Assembly (NCBI GenBank): GCA_963744995.1 | Contig: CAVUWA010000002.1 | Coordinates: forward strand, 512,001 to 576,000 | Direction: 5' to 3' | Source: Candidatus Eiseniibacteriota bacterium | GTDB taxonomy: Bacteria > Eisenbacteria > RBG-16-71-46 | Length of the DNA: 64,000 nt | Notes under the pieces: model-generated | Seen by the model: only the letters and a program-made list of their open reading frames with translations | What the model was told of the DNA's origin: nothing | Database searches by the model: none | Shown: in pieces, positions 41,292-51,700 of the stretch | How the letters are laid out: each line of letters opens with the position of its first letter | Numbering within the stretch: the stretch's first letter is position 1 | Made by a program: the position numbers and the translations under genes

Positions 41292-42238
41292 GCGAACGCG
41301 ATCCGCGCGCGGAAGCCGCCGACATCGCCCGGGGGCTGCGGCGTCACCTCGAGCGCGTGCAGGCGATGGGCGCGGGCGATCTGGTCGCACGCGACGCGCT
41401 CGCCGCCGCGACCGCGCTCACCGAACGCCTGAGCGCCGCGGCGCCGGCGTCGGCCGCTCCCGCGGCGCAGGCGAAGGAGGGTCCGCCCGCACCCGCCGCC
41501 GAGCCGCCGGTCACGGCCATGTCGTGGCGGACCAGGGCCGCGGCCCGGCCCGCGCCGGCCGCGCGCCGGGCGGCCGAGCCGGTGTTCGATCTGCCGTCCC
41601 ACCACGCACCGCTCAACCCGGGCGGTTTCGAGGCGCGCGCCGCGCTCTACGAAGCGTCGCTGCCGATCCTCGAGGCGATCGCGGGCGAGGTGCGACCGTG
41701 CGTCAAGTGCGGGCTCGCGGAAACGCGCACGAAGGCGGTGCCGGGCGCGGGCTCGGCGCGTTCGGGGATCGTGTTCGTGGGCGAAGCGCCGGGCGCGGAC
41801 GAGGACCGCAAGGGCATCCCGTTCGTCGGCCGCGCCGGCGAGCTGCTCACGAAGATCATCAAGGCGATGGACGACGCGAAGCTCATTCCCGGCGTCACGC
41901 TCGATCGCGAGACCGTGTACATCGCCAACGTGCTCAAGTGCCGTCCGCCCGAGAACCGCAATCCGCTGCCGCACGAGATCGAGACCTGCTCGCCGTACCT
42001 CAAGCACCAGCTCGAGATCCTCAGGCCGCGCATCATCTGCTGCCTCGGCAAGTTCGCCGCGGAACTGCTGGTCGGGGTCAAGGGCACGATCGCCGGCATG
42101 CGCGGGAAGATCTACCGGTATCAGGGCGCCAAGCTGATCGTGACGTACCACCCGGCCGCGTGCCTCCGGAACCCGGGCTACAAGCGCCCCGTCTGGGAGG
42201 ACATGCAGCTGCTCGCGAAAGAGTATCTTGCCGATTGA
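41288..42238 (+). CDS. Uracil-DNA glycosylase family 4
   Basis: CVKC.L, GEAPG..ED..G.PFVG.AG, NVLKCRPPENR, TYHPA. Confidence 0.93.
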   Translation: MSERDPRAEAADIARGLRRHLERVQAMGAGDLVARDALAAATALTERLSAAAPASAAPAAQAKEGPPAPAAEPPVTAMSWRTRAAARPAPAARRAAEPVFDLPSHHAPLNPGGFEARAALYEASLPILEAIAGEVRPCVKCGLAETRTKAVPGAGSARSGIVFVGEAPGADEDRKGIPFVGRAGELLTKIIKAMDDAKLIPGVTLDRETVYIANVLKCRPPENRNPLPHEIETCSPYLKHQLEILRPRIICCLGKFAAELLVGVKGTIAGMRGKIYRYQGAKLIVTYHPAACLRNPGYKRPVWEDMQLLAKEYLAD

Positions 42239-42314
42239 GCCCTGGTCGCCCGGCCCCCGCTGACGCCGCATGCGCGGCCCCGTCGCCCGGCCGCCACATG
42301 GAAGGACCCACATC

Positions 42315-43700
42315 ATGACCGACATCGTTACGCGCCCCGCGTCGCTCGCCCCGCCCGGGACCATGCCGCCGCAGGCGCTCGAGGCGGAGCGCGCCGTGCT
42401 CGCGGCCATGCTGCTGGATCAGGAGGCCGTCGGGAAGGCGATCGAGATGATCGACGGCAGCGCCTTCTACCGCAGCGCGCATCAGAAGATCTTCGCAGCG
42501 ATCATCGCGCTCTACAACCGCAACGAGCGCGCCGACCTGATCACCGTCTCCGAGGAGCTGCGCAAGAACGGCGAGCTCGAAATGGTCGGCGGCCGCGAGG
42601 CCCTGGCGCAGGTGATCGAGTATGCGACCGCGTCGCAGAACGTGGACGAGCACATCCGGATCATCCACTCGAAGTCCATACTGCGCATGCTCATCAAGGC
42701 GACCGGCGAGATCCAGCAGGAGTGCTACGCGGCGAGCGACGAAACCGCGAAGATCCTCGACCACGCCGAGCAGCGCGTTTTCGAGATCACCGACGCGCGG
42801 GTGCGGCAGGGGTTCGTGCCGCTGCGCGACCTGCTGAAGCCGGCGTTCGAGCACATTCAGAAGCTGTTCGAACGGAAGGTGTTCGTGACCGGCGTCCCGT
42901 CCGGCAACGACGATCTCGACAAGAAGACCGCGGGCTTCCAGTCGGGCGATCTGGTGATCGTCGCCGGACGGCCCTCGATGGGCAAGACCAGCTACGCGCT
43001 CAACGTGGCCGAGGCCGCGGCGATCCGGCATCAGGTGCCGGTGGCGGTGTTCTCGCTCGAAATGAGCAAGGAGCAGCTCACCCAGCGCCTGCTGTGCTCG
43101 CAGAGCGAAGTCGCCCTGCACAAGCTGCGCAGCGGCTACCTGGCGCAGGAGGACTGGCCGCGGCTCACCACGGCGGCGGGGCTGCTCACCCAGGCGCCGA
43201 TCTTCATCGACGACTCGCCGACGCTCACCGTGCTCGAGATCCGCGCCAAATGCCGGCGGTTGAAGGCCGAGAGCCGGCTCGGCATGGTCGTGATCGACTA
43301 CCTGCAGCTGATCTCGCCGGGCGGCCGTGCCGAGAACCGCGTGCAGGAGATCTCGCAGATCACCCGTTCGCTGAAGGCCCTCGCCAAGGAGCTGAACGTG
43401 CCGGTGATCGCGCTGTCGCAGCTCTCGCGCGCGGTGGAGACGCGCGACAAGACGGGACGGCCGCAGCTCTCGGACCTGCGCGAATCGGGCTCGATCGAGC
43501 AGGACGCGGACCTCGTGATGTTCGTGTACCGTGAGGTGGTCTACAACCGCGAGACGCCGGAGCCGAACAAGGCGCAGATCATCATCGCCAAGCAGCGCAA
43601 CGGCCCGACCGGCGACGTGGACATGACGTTCCTGAGGGAATGCACGAAGTTCGTGCCCTACAGCCCGATGATGCCGGGCGAGACGGAGCCATCGTTCTAG
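42315..43700 (+). CDS. dnaB: Replicative DNA helicase
   Basis: GRPSMGKT, FSLEM, IDYLQL, LSQLSR, DLRESGSIEQDAD, KQRNGP; no intein. Confidence 0.97.
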   Translation: MTDIVTRPASLAPPGTMPPQALEAERAVLAAMLLDQEAVGKAIEMIDGSAFYRSAHQKIFAAIIALYNRNERADLITVSEELRKNGELEMVGGREALAQVIEYATASQNVDEHIRIIHSKSILRMLIKATGEIQQECYAASDETAKILDHAEQRVFEITDARVRQGFVPLRDLLKPAFEHIQKLFERKVFVTGVPSGNDDLDKKTAGFQSGDLVIVAGRPSMGKTSYALNVAEAAAIRHQVPVAVFSLEMSKEQLTQRLLCSQSEVALHKLRSGYLAQEDWPRLTTAAGLLTQAPIFIDDSPTLTVLEIRAKCRRLKAESRLGMVVIDYLQLISPGGRAENRVQEISQITRSLKALAKELNVPVIALSQLSRAVETRDKTGRPQLSDLRESGSIEQDADLVMFVYREVVYNRETPEPNKAQIIIAKQRNGPTGDVDMTFLRECTKFVPYSPMMPGETEPSF

Positions 43701-43715
43701 TGACGGATCACGGCC

Positions 43716-44534
43716 GTGGCTGAAGAAACGCCTTCGCTGGGGCACGATCTCTCGCGGATCGCGGACATCGCGAACGACCGGCTCGGCGACTGGTTCGCCG
43801 AGGTCGGTCGCGTCATGATGATGCTCGGCGCCGCAACGCGCTTCCTCTGGAAGGGTCTGCGTTCGTTCGGGCTCGTCGTCGAGCAGATGCAGCTGATCGG
43901 CGTCGGCTCGCTGTGGCTGGTCGCCGTCGTCAGCCTGTTCACCGGCGCGGTGGCCGCGGTGCAGGCGGCCTACCAGTTTTCGACCGTCGTGCCGCTCAAG
44001 TACCTGGGCTCGGTCATCCTGCGTTCGGTGATCATCGAGCTCGGGCCGGTGCTCACCGCGCTGGTCGTGGGCGGCCGCGTCGGCGCCGCGATCGCGGCCG
44101 AGCTCGGCACCATGAAGGTCACCGAGCAGATCGACGCGCTGCAGGCGATGGGCATCAACCCGATCCGCTACCTGGTCGTGCCGCGGCTGATCGCCGCGAC
44201 GTTCATGCTGCCGATCGTGGTGATCTTCGCCGACGCGATCGCGATCCTCGGCGGCTACGTGGTGGCGGTGACGACGATCGGCGTGAGCACCCACACCTAC
44301 GTGCAGAGCCTCCAGCAGTTCTTCTACATGAAGGACCTGTTCTCCGGCCTCCTCAAGGCGGTCTTCTTCGGCGGCATCATCGGTGCGATGGGCTGTCACT
44401 ACGGCCTGGAGACGCGCGGCGGCGCCGAGGGCGTAGGGCTGGCCACGACGCGGGCCGTGGTGTCGTCGTGCGTGCTCGTGCTGATCAGCGACTACGTGCT
44501 CGCCAACGTGCTCTTCCGGTTGATCTTCAAATGA
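43716..44534 (+). CDS. mlaE: MlaE-family ABC permease
   Basis: ELGPVLTAL...GRVG..IAAELGTMKVTEQIDAL, GGAEGVG.ATT. Confidence 0.92.
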   Translation: MAEETPSLGHDLSRIADIANDRLGDWFAEVGRVMMMLGAATRFLWKGLRSFGLVVEQMQLIGVGSLWLVAVVSLFTGAVAAVQAAYQFSTVVPLKYLGSVILRSVIIELGPVLTALVVGGRVGAAIAAELGTMKVTEQIDALQAMGINPIRYLVVPRLIAATFMLPIVVIFADAIAILGGYVVAVTTIGVSTHTYVQSLQQFFYMKDLFSGLLKAVFFGGIIGAMGCHYGLETRGGAEGVGLATTRAVVSSCVLVLISDYVLANVLFRLIFK

Positions 44535-45277
44535 TCCGGATCCGCGGGCTCAGGAAGCGCCTCGGCGACAAGCAGGTGCTCGACGGTGTGGATCTCGACA
44601 TCGGCAGCGGCCAGACGATCGTGGTGATCGGGCGCAGCGGCACCGGCAAGAGCGTTCTGCTCAAGCACATCATCGGCCTGATGGAGCCCGACGCGGGGTC
44701 GATCGAGATCGAGGGCGAGGAGATCGTCGGCATGCCCGAGGCGCGCATGAACGAAGTGCGGATGCGCTTCGGCATGCTGTTTCAGAGCGCCGCACTGTTC
44801 GATTCGATGACGGTGGGCGAAAACGTGGGGCTCGCGCTGCGCGAGCATCATCTGGCGCCGCCGGGCGAGGTCGAGCGCATCGTGTCCGAGCGGCTCGGAT
44901 GGGTGGGGCTGCAGGGCGTCGAAGAGACGCGGCCTTCCTCGCTCTCGGGCGGCATGCGCAAGCGCGTCGGGCTGGCGCGGGCGATCGCAGTCGATCCGGC
45001 CTACATCCTGTACGATGAGCCGACGACCGGGCTCGACCCGATCACGGCGGACGCGATCAACGAGCTGATCAAGAGCATGCAGCAGCGGCTGGGCGTCACC
45101 TCGATCGTGGTGACGCACGACATGACCAGCGCGTATCGTGTGGGCGACCGGGTCGCCATGCTCCACGACGGCAAGGTGGTCTTCGAAGGCACGATCGACG
45201 AAACGAAGCACACGACGGACCCGTTGGTCCGGCAGTTCATCGAAGGTTCTCGCGAAGGCCCGATCCGGGCGATCTGA
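44531..45277 (+). CDS. mlaF: MlaF-family ABC ATPase
   Basis: GRSGTGKS, LSGGMRKRVGLARA, YDEPTTGLDP, VTHD. Confidence 0.93.
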   Translation: MIRIRGLRKRLGDKQVLDGVDLDIGSGQTIVVIGRSGTGKSVLLKHIIGLMEPDAGSIEIEGEEIVGMPEARMNEVRMRFGMLFQSAALFDSMTVGENVGLALREHHLAPPGEVERIVSERLGWVGLQGVEETRPSSLSGGMRKRVGLARAIAVDPAYILYDEPTTGLDPITADAINELIKSMQQRLGVTSIVVTHDMTSAYRVGDRVAMLHDGKVVFEGTIDETKHTTDPLVRQFIEGSREGPIRAI

Positions 45278-45291
45278 ACGGGGAGCAGCGG

Positions 45292-46185
45292 ATGCAGCGA
45301 CAGCGTGAAATCCAGGTCGGCGTCACCGTGCTGGCCGCACTGGCCGTGCTGATCTGGGGCGTGAGCTGGCTCAAGGAGTTTTCGCTCCAGCGCTCGGTGA
45401 ACGTCTGGACGGTGATGTTTCCGCAGACCGGCGGACTCGGCGCCAGCGACGAGGTGCAGGTGAACGGCATCCGCAAAGGCGTCGTGCGCTCGATGGACCT
45501 GGTAGGCGACAAGGTGTACGTGAAGCTGGCGCTGGCCTCCGACGTGAAACTCACCACGGACAGCCGCGTCGCGATCCGCAACGTCGGCCTGATGGGCGAA
45601 AAGGTGATCGCCGTGGATCTGAGCTCGAGCGGCCAGGCCTACACGGCACAGGACACGATTCCGGGCGTGTACGAGCTCGGCATGGCCGAGGTGATGGCCT
45701 CGGTGGGCGAGGCGGTCTCGTCGGTGTCGGAGCTGAGCCGCCAGCTCGGTGCGATCGCCGACGCGCTCTCCGGGCAGGGCGACGTGGCCGGGACCATGAA
45801 GAACATCCAGGAGACCAGCGACCAGCTGCGGCTCATGGTCGAAGAGAACCGCAAGTCGGTGCGTGCGACACTGGCCAACGTCGAGGCGACGTCCAGCACC
45901 ATCAAGGGCCTCACCGTCGATCGCGAAGCGAAGCTCGGCAAGGCGGTGGACGACTTCGCCACCACGATGGCGCGCATGGACCGGCTGACGGCACGCCTCG
46001 ATTCACTGACGCAGTCGCTGAACTCGGTCGCCGCCAAGGTGGACCGCGGCGACGGCACGCTCGGCAAGCTGGTGAATCAGGACAAACTCTATGAAGATCT
46101 CAACGCGTCGGTCGCGTCGCTCAGGGCGCTGATCGCGGACATCCAGAAGAACCCGAAGGACTATTTCCGCTTCTCGATCTTCTGA
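45292..46185 (+). CDS. mlaD: MlaD/MCE family protein
   Basis: N-terminal TM, GL...V.VNGI..G.V, GLMGEK, helical tail GTLGKL. Confidence 0.9.
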   Translation: MQRQREIQVGVTVLAALAVLIWGVSWLKEFSLQRSVNVWTVMFPQTGGLGASDEVQVNGIRKGVVRSMDLVGDKVYVKLALASDVKLTTDSRVAIRNVGLMGEKVIAVDLSSSGQAYTAQDTIPGVYELGMAEVMASVGEAVSSVSELSRQLGAIADALSGQGDVAGTMKNIQETSDQLRLMVEENRKSVRATLANVEATSSTIKGLTVDREAKLGKAVDDFATTMARMDRLTARLDSLTQSLNSVAAKVDRGDGTLGKLVNQDKLYEDLNASVASLRALIADIQKNPKDYFRFSIF

Positions 46186-46450
46186 GGCCCTGGCCCGCGC
46201 CGGCACCAGCGCCGGGAAACCCGTTCACGGGACCAGAATCGCGCCGGCTCCTGCCGGCGCGTTCTTCTCCCTCGGCGCGCCCGCCATCCATGGCTCCTGC
46301 GCGCCTGCGGGGCGTGCCGCGAACGGGTTTCCCGGCGCAGGTGCCGGCGCTGTACCGCCGGCTGGGCGCGAAGCGTCCGGACACGTAAGATGCGCGGCCC
46401 GGGGCGGATGGGCCGCCCGGGACGACCCGCTCCCGCGGAGCCATCGACGC

Positions 46451-47992
46451 ATGGCCAGATCCAAAGCAGCGAAGACGCACTTCTTCTGCTCGCAGTGCGG
46501 GCACGAGGCCTCGAAGTGGTTCGGGCGCTGCCCGTCCTGCCAGGCCTGGAACACGGCGGCCGAGGCGCCGGTGGTGAAGGCGGAGACGGCGGCGCGGCGG
46601 GACGCGCGCGGGCGCGGGCGCTGGCGGACGGGCGACGCGGGGCCGGCGCGGCCGCGGCCGCTCGCCGAGGTGGAGGTCGCGCACGTCGAGCGCGCGGCGA
46701 CCGGCTTCGCCGAACTCGACCGCGTGCTGGGCGGCGGCATCGTGCCGGGCTCGCTGGTGCTGGTCGGCGGCGATCCCGGCATCGGCAAGAGCACGCTGCT
46801 CCTGCAATTGGCCTGCGCGCTCGCGGCGGAAGGCCAGCGCGTGCTCTACGTGACCGGCGAAGAGAGCGAGGCGCAGATCCGGCTGCGCGCCTCGCGCATC
46901 GGCACGGTGCCGCCTGCGCTGCTCGTGCTCTGCGAGACCGACGTGGATGCGCTGCTCGAGGCGGCCGAGGCGGCGCGGCCGGCGGTGCTGGTCGCCGACT
47001 CGATCCAGACGCTGTCGCGCGCCGAGGTCGAGGGTGCGCCCGGCGCGGTGTCCCAGATCCGCGAGTGCGGGCTCGTGCTCATGCACTTCGCCAAGGCGAC
47101 GCGCACGACGACGTTCCTCGTCGGCCACGTGACCAAGGAGGGTGCGGTCGCCGGCCCGCGCGTGCTCGAGCACATGGTGGACGCGGTCCTCTACCTGGAA
47201 GGCGAGCGCTACCAGCACTACCGCGTGCTGCGCGCGGCGAAGAACCGCTTCGGCTCGACCGACGAGCTCGGCGTGTTCGAGATGACCGGCGGCGGGCTCG
47301 CGGAGGTCGCCAACCCGAGCGCGGCCTTCCTGTCCGAATCGCAGCGCACCGAACCCGGCTCGGCGGTGGTCGCCAGCCTCGAAGGCACGCGGCCGCTGCT
47401 GGTCGAGGTGCAGGCGCTGGTCTCGACCTCGTTCTACGGGACGCCGCAACGGGTCACGAGCGGCTTCGACCCGCGCCGCCTGGCGGTGCTGCTCGCGGTG
47501 CTCGAGCGGCGCGTCGGCCTGAGGCTCGGGCGGCACGACGTGTTCGTCACGGTTACGGGGGGCATGAGGCTCGACGAGCCGGGCACCGATCTCGGCGTCG
47601 CCCTCGCGGTGGCGTCGTCGTTCCTGTCGCGGCCGGTGCTCGAGCGCACGCTCGCGGTGGGCGAGGTCAGCCTGTCCGGCGAGCTCCGGCGGGTCTCGCG
47701 CGTCGCGGCGCGCGTGCGCGAGGCGGCGCAGCTCGGTTTCGAGCGCGTCGGCGTGCCCGCGCCGCAGCTCGCCGATGCGCAGGGGCTCGGCGTCGAAGCG
47801 ATTCCGCTCACGCATCTGCGCGAGGCGATCGAGCTGCTGCTCGGCGAGAAGGTGCCGCGCGCCGGGCGGGCGCCCGTGGCAGGCGCGGACGCGGACGAGG
47901 CGGCGCGACGCACGCGCGCGGCGGCGGCGCGGCTCGGCGAGCCGGGCGCCGCCGCCGGTGAGCGCCGGAGCGGCGGGGGGCGCCGCCGGTGA
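46451..47992 (+). CDS. radA: DNA repair protein RadA/Sms
   Basis: C4 zinc finger, GDPGIGKST, KNRFG. Confidence 0.97.
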   Translation: MARSKAAKTHFFCSQCGHEASKWFGRCPSCQAWNTAAEAPVVKAETAARRDARGRGRWRTGDAGPARPRPLAEVEVAHVERAATGFAELDRVLGGGIVPGSLVLVGGDPGIGKSTLLLQLACALAAEGQRVLYVTGEESEAQIRLRASRIGTVPPALLVLCETDVDALLEAAEAARPAVLVADSIQTLSRAEVEGAPGAVSQIRECGLVLMHFAKATRTTTFLVGHVTKEGAVAGPRVLEHMVDAVLYLEGERYQHYRVLRAAKNRFGSTDELGVFEMTGGGLAEVANPSAAFLSESQRTEPGSAVVASLEGTRPLLVEVQALVSTSFYGTPQRVTSGFDPRRLAVLLAVLERRVGLRLGRHDVFVTVTGGMRLDEPGTDLGVALAVASSFLSRPVLERTLAVGEVSLSGELRRVSRVAARVREAAQLGFERVGVPAPQLADAQGLGVEAIPLTHLREAIELLLGEKVPRAGRAPVAGADADEAARRTRAAAARLGEPGAAAGERRSGGGRRR

Positions 47993-48699
47993 GCACCACG
48001 GCGATCCTGCTCTGTGCCGGAAAGGGCGAGCGCCTCGGCGCCGATCTGCCCAAGGCGCAGGTGCCGCTCGCCGGGCGGCCGCTGTTCACCTGGAGCCTCG
48101 AGGCGCTCGAGCGCGCGCACGCGATCGACGCGATCGTGATCGTCGGCCCGGTGCGCACGCTGCGCGAGCTGCTGGCCGCGAGCGGACTCGCCGTGAACAA
48201 GGTGACGGCATGGTCCGAGGGCGGCCGCGAGCGCCAGGACTCGGTGGCGCGCGGGCTGCGCGTCCTGCCCGCCGACGCGACCCTGGTGGTGATTCACGAC
48301 TGCGCGCGTGCGCTGGCGACGCCCGCGCTGATCGACCGCGTGAGCGGCGACGCGCTCGCCCACGGCGCGGCGATCGCCGCCGTGCCGCTCGAGGACACGC
48401 TCAAGCGCACGACGCTCGAGGTGATCGACACGACCGTGCCGCGCGCCTCGCTGTGGCGCGCGCAGACGCCGCAGGCATTCCGGCGCGACTGGATCGAGGC
48501 GGCGCACGAGCATGCGGCCGGCAGGGCCACCGACGACGCGGCGCTGGTCGAGGCGCTCGGGCATCCGGTGCGCGTCACGATGGGCGATCCCATGAACGTG
48601 AAGATCACCACGGCCGGCGATCTCGCGCTGGCCGAAGCGTGGCTCGAGCGCCGCGCGCAGGCGGCGGGCGCCGCCGACGCGGGGCAGGGGAGGGAGTGA
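47989..48699 (+). CDS. ispD: MEP cytidylyltransferase
   Basis: AGKGERLG..PK, GG.ERQDSV, IHD.AR, QTPQ, TDD, N.KITT. Confidence 0.93.
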   Translation: MSTTAILLCAGKGERLGADLPKAQVPLAGRPLFTWSLEALERAHAIDAIVIVGPVRTLRELLAASGLAVNKVTAWSEGGRERQDSVARGLRVLPADATLVVIHDCARALATPALIDRVSGDALAHGAAIAAVPLEDTLKRTTLEVIDTTVPRASLWRAQTPQAFRRDWIEAAHEHAAGRATDDAALVEALGHPVRVTMGDPMNVKITTAGDLALAEAWLERRAQAAGAADAGQGRE

Positions 48700-48700
48700 G

Positions 48701-49180
48701 ATGGCCGTGCGCACCGGCATCGGCTACGACGTCCACGTGAAGGCGCCGGGACGGCCGCTCCACCTGGGCGGCGTTCGCTTCGACAGCGAATGGGGCCTCG
48801 AAGGGCACAGCGACGCGGACGTCGTGCTGCACGCGATCGGCGATGCGCTGCTCGGCGCGGTCGCGCTCGGCGACCTGGGCGAGCACTTTCCGCCGGGCGA
48901 TCCGCGCTGGAAGGACGCGCCGAGCCTCGATCTGCTCAAGCGGATCCGAGCAATGCTCGAGCAGCGCGGGGCGCGCATCGTGAACGTGGATGCCACGCTG
49001 GTTGCCGAGGCGCCGCGGATCATCGGCATGCGCGACGCCATGCGCACCCACATCGCACAGGCGCTGAAGATCGGCATCGGCGAGGTGTCGGTGAAGGCGA
49101 CGACCAACGAGGGACTCGGCGCCCTCGGCCGCGGCGAAGGGCTCGCGGCATGGGCGATCGCGACCGTGGAGACGCCTTGA
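48701..49180 (+). CDS. ispF: MECDP synthase
   Basis: GIGYDVH, GHSDADV..HA..DA, KATTNE. Confidence 0.95.
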   Translation: MAVRTGIGYDVHVKAPGRPLHLGGVRFDSEWGLEGHSDADVVLHAIGDALLGAVALGDLGEHFPPGDPRWKDAPSLDLLKRIRAMLEQRGARIVNVDATLVAEAPRIIGMRDAMRTHIAQALKIGIGEVSVKATTNEGLGALGRGEGLAAWAIATVETP

Positions 49181-50625
49181 GCGACGCGCCGGTGCGGGTG
49201 CGGTTCGCGCCGAGCCCGACGGGCTGGCTGCACGTCGGCGGCGCGCGCACCGCGTACTTCAACTGGCTGTTCGCGCGGCAGCACGGCGGACGGTTCGTGC
49301 TGCGGATCGAAGACACCGATCTCGAGCGCTCGAGCGCCGCGAGCGAGCGCGGCGTGCTCGAAGATCTGCGCTGGCTGGATCTCGGGTGGGACGAGGGCCC
49401 GGACGTCGGCGGGCCCTGCGGGCCCTACCGCCAGAGCGAGCGGCTCGAGCACTATCGGTCGCGCGCCGCGGCCCTGGTCGAGACCGGCCGCGCCTTCCCG
49501 TGCTTCTGCACCGACGAAGAACTCGCCGAGCGGCGCCATGCGGCGACCGCGGCCGGCCGGCCGCCGCACTACGACGGCCGCTGCCGGGACCTCACGCCCG
49601 CGGCGCGCGCCGCGGCGCGGGCGGCGGGCCGCCCGGAGAGCGTGCGCTTCCGCGTCGCGCACCGCGACTGGTCGTTCGCCGACCTGGTGCGCGGCGACGT
49701 GACGTTCCCGGCCGGAATGGTCGGCGATTTCGTCATCCTGCGCTCCAACGGGCTGCCGACCTACAACTTCGCCTGCGTCGTCGACGACCATGCGATGCGC
49801 ATCTCGCACGTGATCCGCGCCGAGGAGCATCTGTCCAACACGCTTCGCCAGCTGATGCTGTTCGCCGCGCTGGACGCCGCACCCCCCACCTTCGCCCACG
49901 TGCCGCTGATCCTCAACGCCGACCGCACCAAGATGAGCAAACGCGCGGGCGAGGCGGCCGTGGCGGTGGGCGACTGGCGCCGCGCCGGCTACGCCGCGCC
50001 GGCACTGCTCGCGTACCTGGCGCTGCTCGGCTTCCACCCCGGCGACGGGCGCGAGATCCTGTCGCGCGCCGAGCTGCTGGAGGCGTTCACGCTCGAGCGG
50101 GTGGGCCGCAGCGGATCGGTGTTCGACCCCGCCAGGCTGCGCTGGACCAACGCGACGATCCTCCACCACGCCACGTCGAGCGAGCTGCGCGACTGGGGCG
50201 CGGACTTCCTGCCGGACGCCGCCCGCACGCTGCCGGAGACGGAAGTCGATGCGCTGCTCGAGCTGGTACGCGGGAATCTGACCACGCTCACCGATCTGGA
50301 GTTGGAGCTGGCGCCGTTCGTCGGCGAATCCTGGCCGGTCGAGCCCGCCGCGCGCGAGGTGCTGGCGGAACCGGCCGCGGCGCAGCGCTGCGGCGCGCTC
50401 GCGCAGGAACTCGATGCACTTGCGGAATGGAGCGCCGAAGGTTTTAAATCCACGCTCCTTGCGTTCGGCAGGCGCACGGGCATCAAGGGCCGGGATCTGT
50501 TCCAGCCGGTGCGTTCCGCGCTCACCGGGCGGACCCACGGTCCGGAGCTGCCGGCCATCGCGGCACGACTCGGCCGGGATCGATGCGTCGCACGCCTCAC
50601 CCGCGCCGCCCACCCGGGGCCGTGA
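49177..50625 (+). CDS. gltX: Glutamate--tRNA ligase
   Basis: RFAPSPTG.LHVGG, LRIEDTD, PTYN, KMSKR. Confidence 0.93.
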   Translation: MSDAPVRVRFAPSPTGWLHVGGARTAYFNWLFARQHGGRFVLRIEDTDLERSSAASERGVLEDLRWLDLGWDEGPDVGGPCGPYRQSERLEHYRSRAAALVETGRAFPCFCTDEELAERRHAATAAGRPPHYDGRCRDLTPAARAAARAAGRPESVRFRVAHRDWSFADLVRGDVTFPAGMVGDFVILRSNGLPTYNFACVVDDHAMRISHVIRAEEHLSNTLRQLMLFAALDAAPPTFAHVPLILNADRTKMSKRAGEAAVAVGDWRRAGYAAPALLAYLALLGFHPGDGREILSRAELLEAFTLERVGRSGSVFDPARLRWTNATILHHATSSELRDWGADFLPDAARTLPETEVDALLELVRGNLTTLTDLELELAPFVGESWPVEPAAREVLAEPAAAQRCGALAQELDALAEWSAEGFKSTLLAFGRRTGIKGRDLFQPVRSALTGRTHGPELPAIAARLGRDRCVARLTRAAHPGP

Positions 50626-50670
50626 GCCGCGCCCGCCGCGGGCTCTGAGACGTTCCACACGGAGGCGTTC

Positions 50671-51684
50671 ATGAAGGTGGCCGTGCTCATGGGAGGTCGA
50701 TCCTCCGAGCGCGAGATCTCGCTGCGCACCGGTCGTGGCGTGGCGCAGTCGCTGCGCCAGCTCGGCCACGAGGTGACGGCCGTGGACGCCGGCACCGGCC
50801 AGCTGCTCGAAGCGGGCCACGAGGAGGAGGCCGCGGCGCAGACCGCGCTCGAACACGCCCCGGCCTCCTCGCTCGTCACCGCGACGGCGATGCGCGCGGC
50901 GGACGTCGTGTTCGTCGCGCTGCACGGCGGGGAAGGCGAGAACGGGACGCTGCAGGCGCTGCTCGAACTCGCCGGCAAGCCCTACACCGGCTCCGGCATC
51001 CTGGCGAGCGCGATGGCCATGAACAAGGCGGTCTCCAAGCGGCTGTTCGAGCACGAGGGCATTCCGACGCCGGAGTGGCAGCTGGCCCATGCCGGAACGC
51101 CCGCCGAAGCGGTCGAGGCCGGCCGGCTCGGCGGCTTTCCGCTGGTGGTCAAGCCGAACGCCGAGGGCTCGACCGTGGGCCTCACGATCGTGAAGGACGC
51201 CACGGGGCTGCCCGCGGCGATCGCGCAGGCCGCGCGCCACGGGCCGGACGTGCTGATCGAGCGCTACATTCCGGGCCGCGAGCTGACGGTCGCGGTGCTC
51301 GGCGACGAGGCGCTGCCGATCGTCGAGATCCGCCCGAAGAGCGGCTTCTACGACTACGAATCGAAGTACACCGCGGGGAAGAGCGAATATGAAGTGCCGG
51401 CACGGCTGCCCGACGAGGTCGCGGCGCGCGTGCAGGGGCTCGCTCTCATGGCGTCGCGGGTCCTCGGCTGCGCCGGGGTGAGCCGCGTGGATTTTCGCCT
51501 CGATCCGCAGAACGAGCCGTACTGCCTCGAAGTGAACACGATTCCCGGCATGACTCCGACCAGTCTGGTGCCGATGGCGGCCCGGGCCCGGGGGATGTCC
51601 TACGAGCAGCTCGTCGATCGTCTGCTGCAGCTGGCCACCGCCGAACATCGGCGGCGCGCCGGGGGCGTGACGACGGGCGCCTGA
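50671..51684 (+). CDS. ddl: D-alanine--D-alanine ligase
   Basis: GG.SSEREIS, LHG..GENG, GSTVG, YDYESKY, EVNTIPGMT. Confidence 0.95.
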   Translation: MKVAVLMGGRSSEREISLRTGRGVAQSLRQLGHEVTAVDAGTGQLLEAGHEEEAAAQTALEHAPASSLVTATAMRAADVVFVALHGGEGENGTLQALLELAGKPYTGSGILASAMAMNKAVSKRLFEHEGIPTPEWQLAHAGTPAEAVEAGRLGGFPLVVKPNAEGSTVGLTIVKDATGLPAAIAQAARHGPDVLIERYIPGRELTVAVLGDEALPIVEIRPKSGFYDYESKYTAGKSEYEVPARLPDEVAARVQGLALMASRVLGCAGVSRVDFRLDPQNEPYCLEVNTIPGMTPTSLVPMAARARGMSYEQLVDRLLQLATAEHRRRAGGVTTGA

Positions 51685-51700
51685 ACGCGAGGGAGCAGTC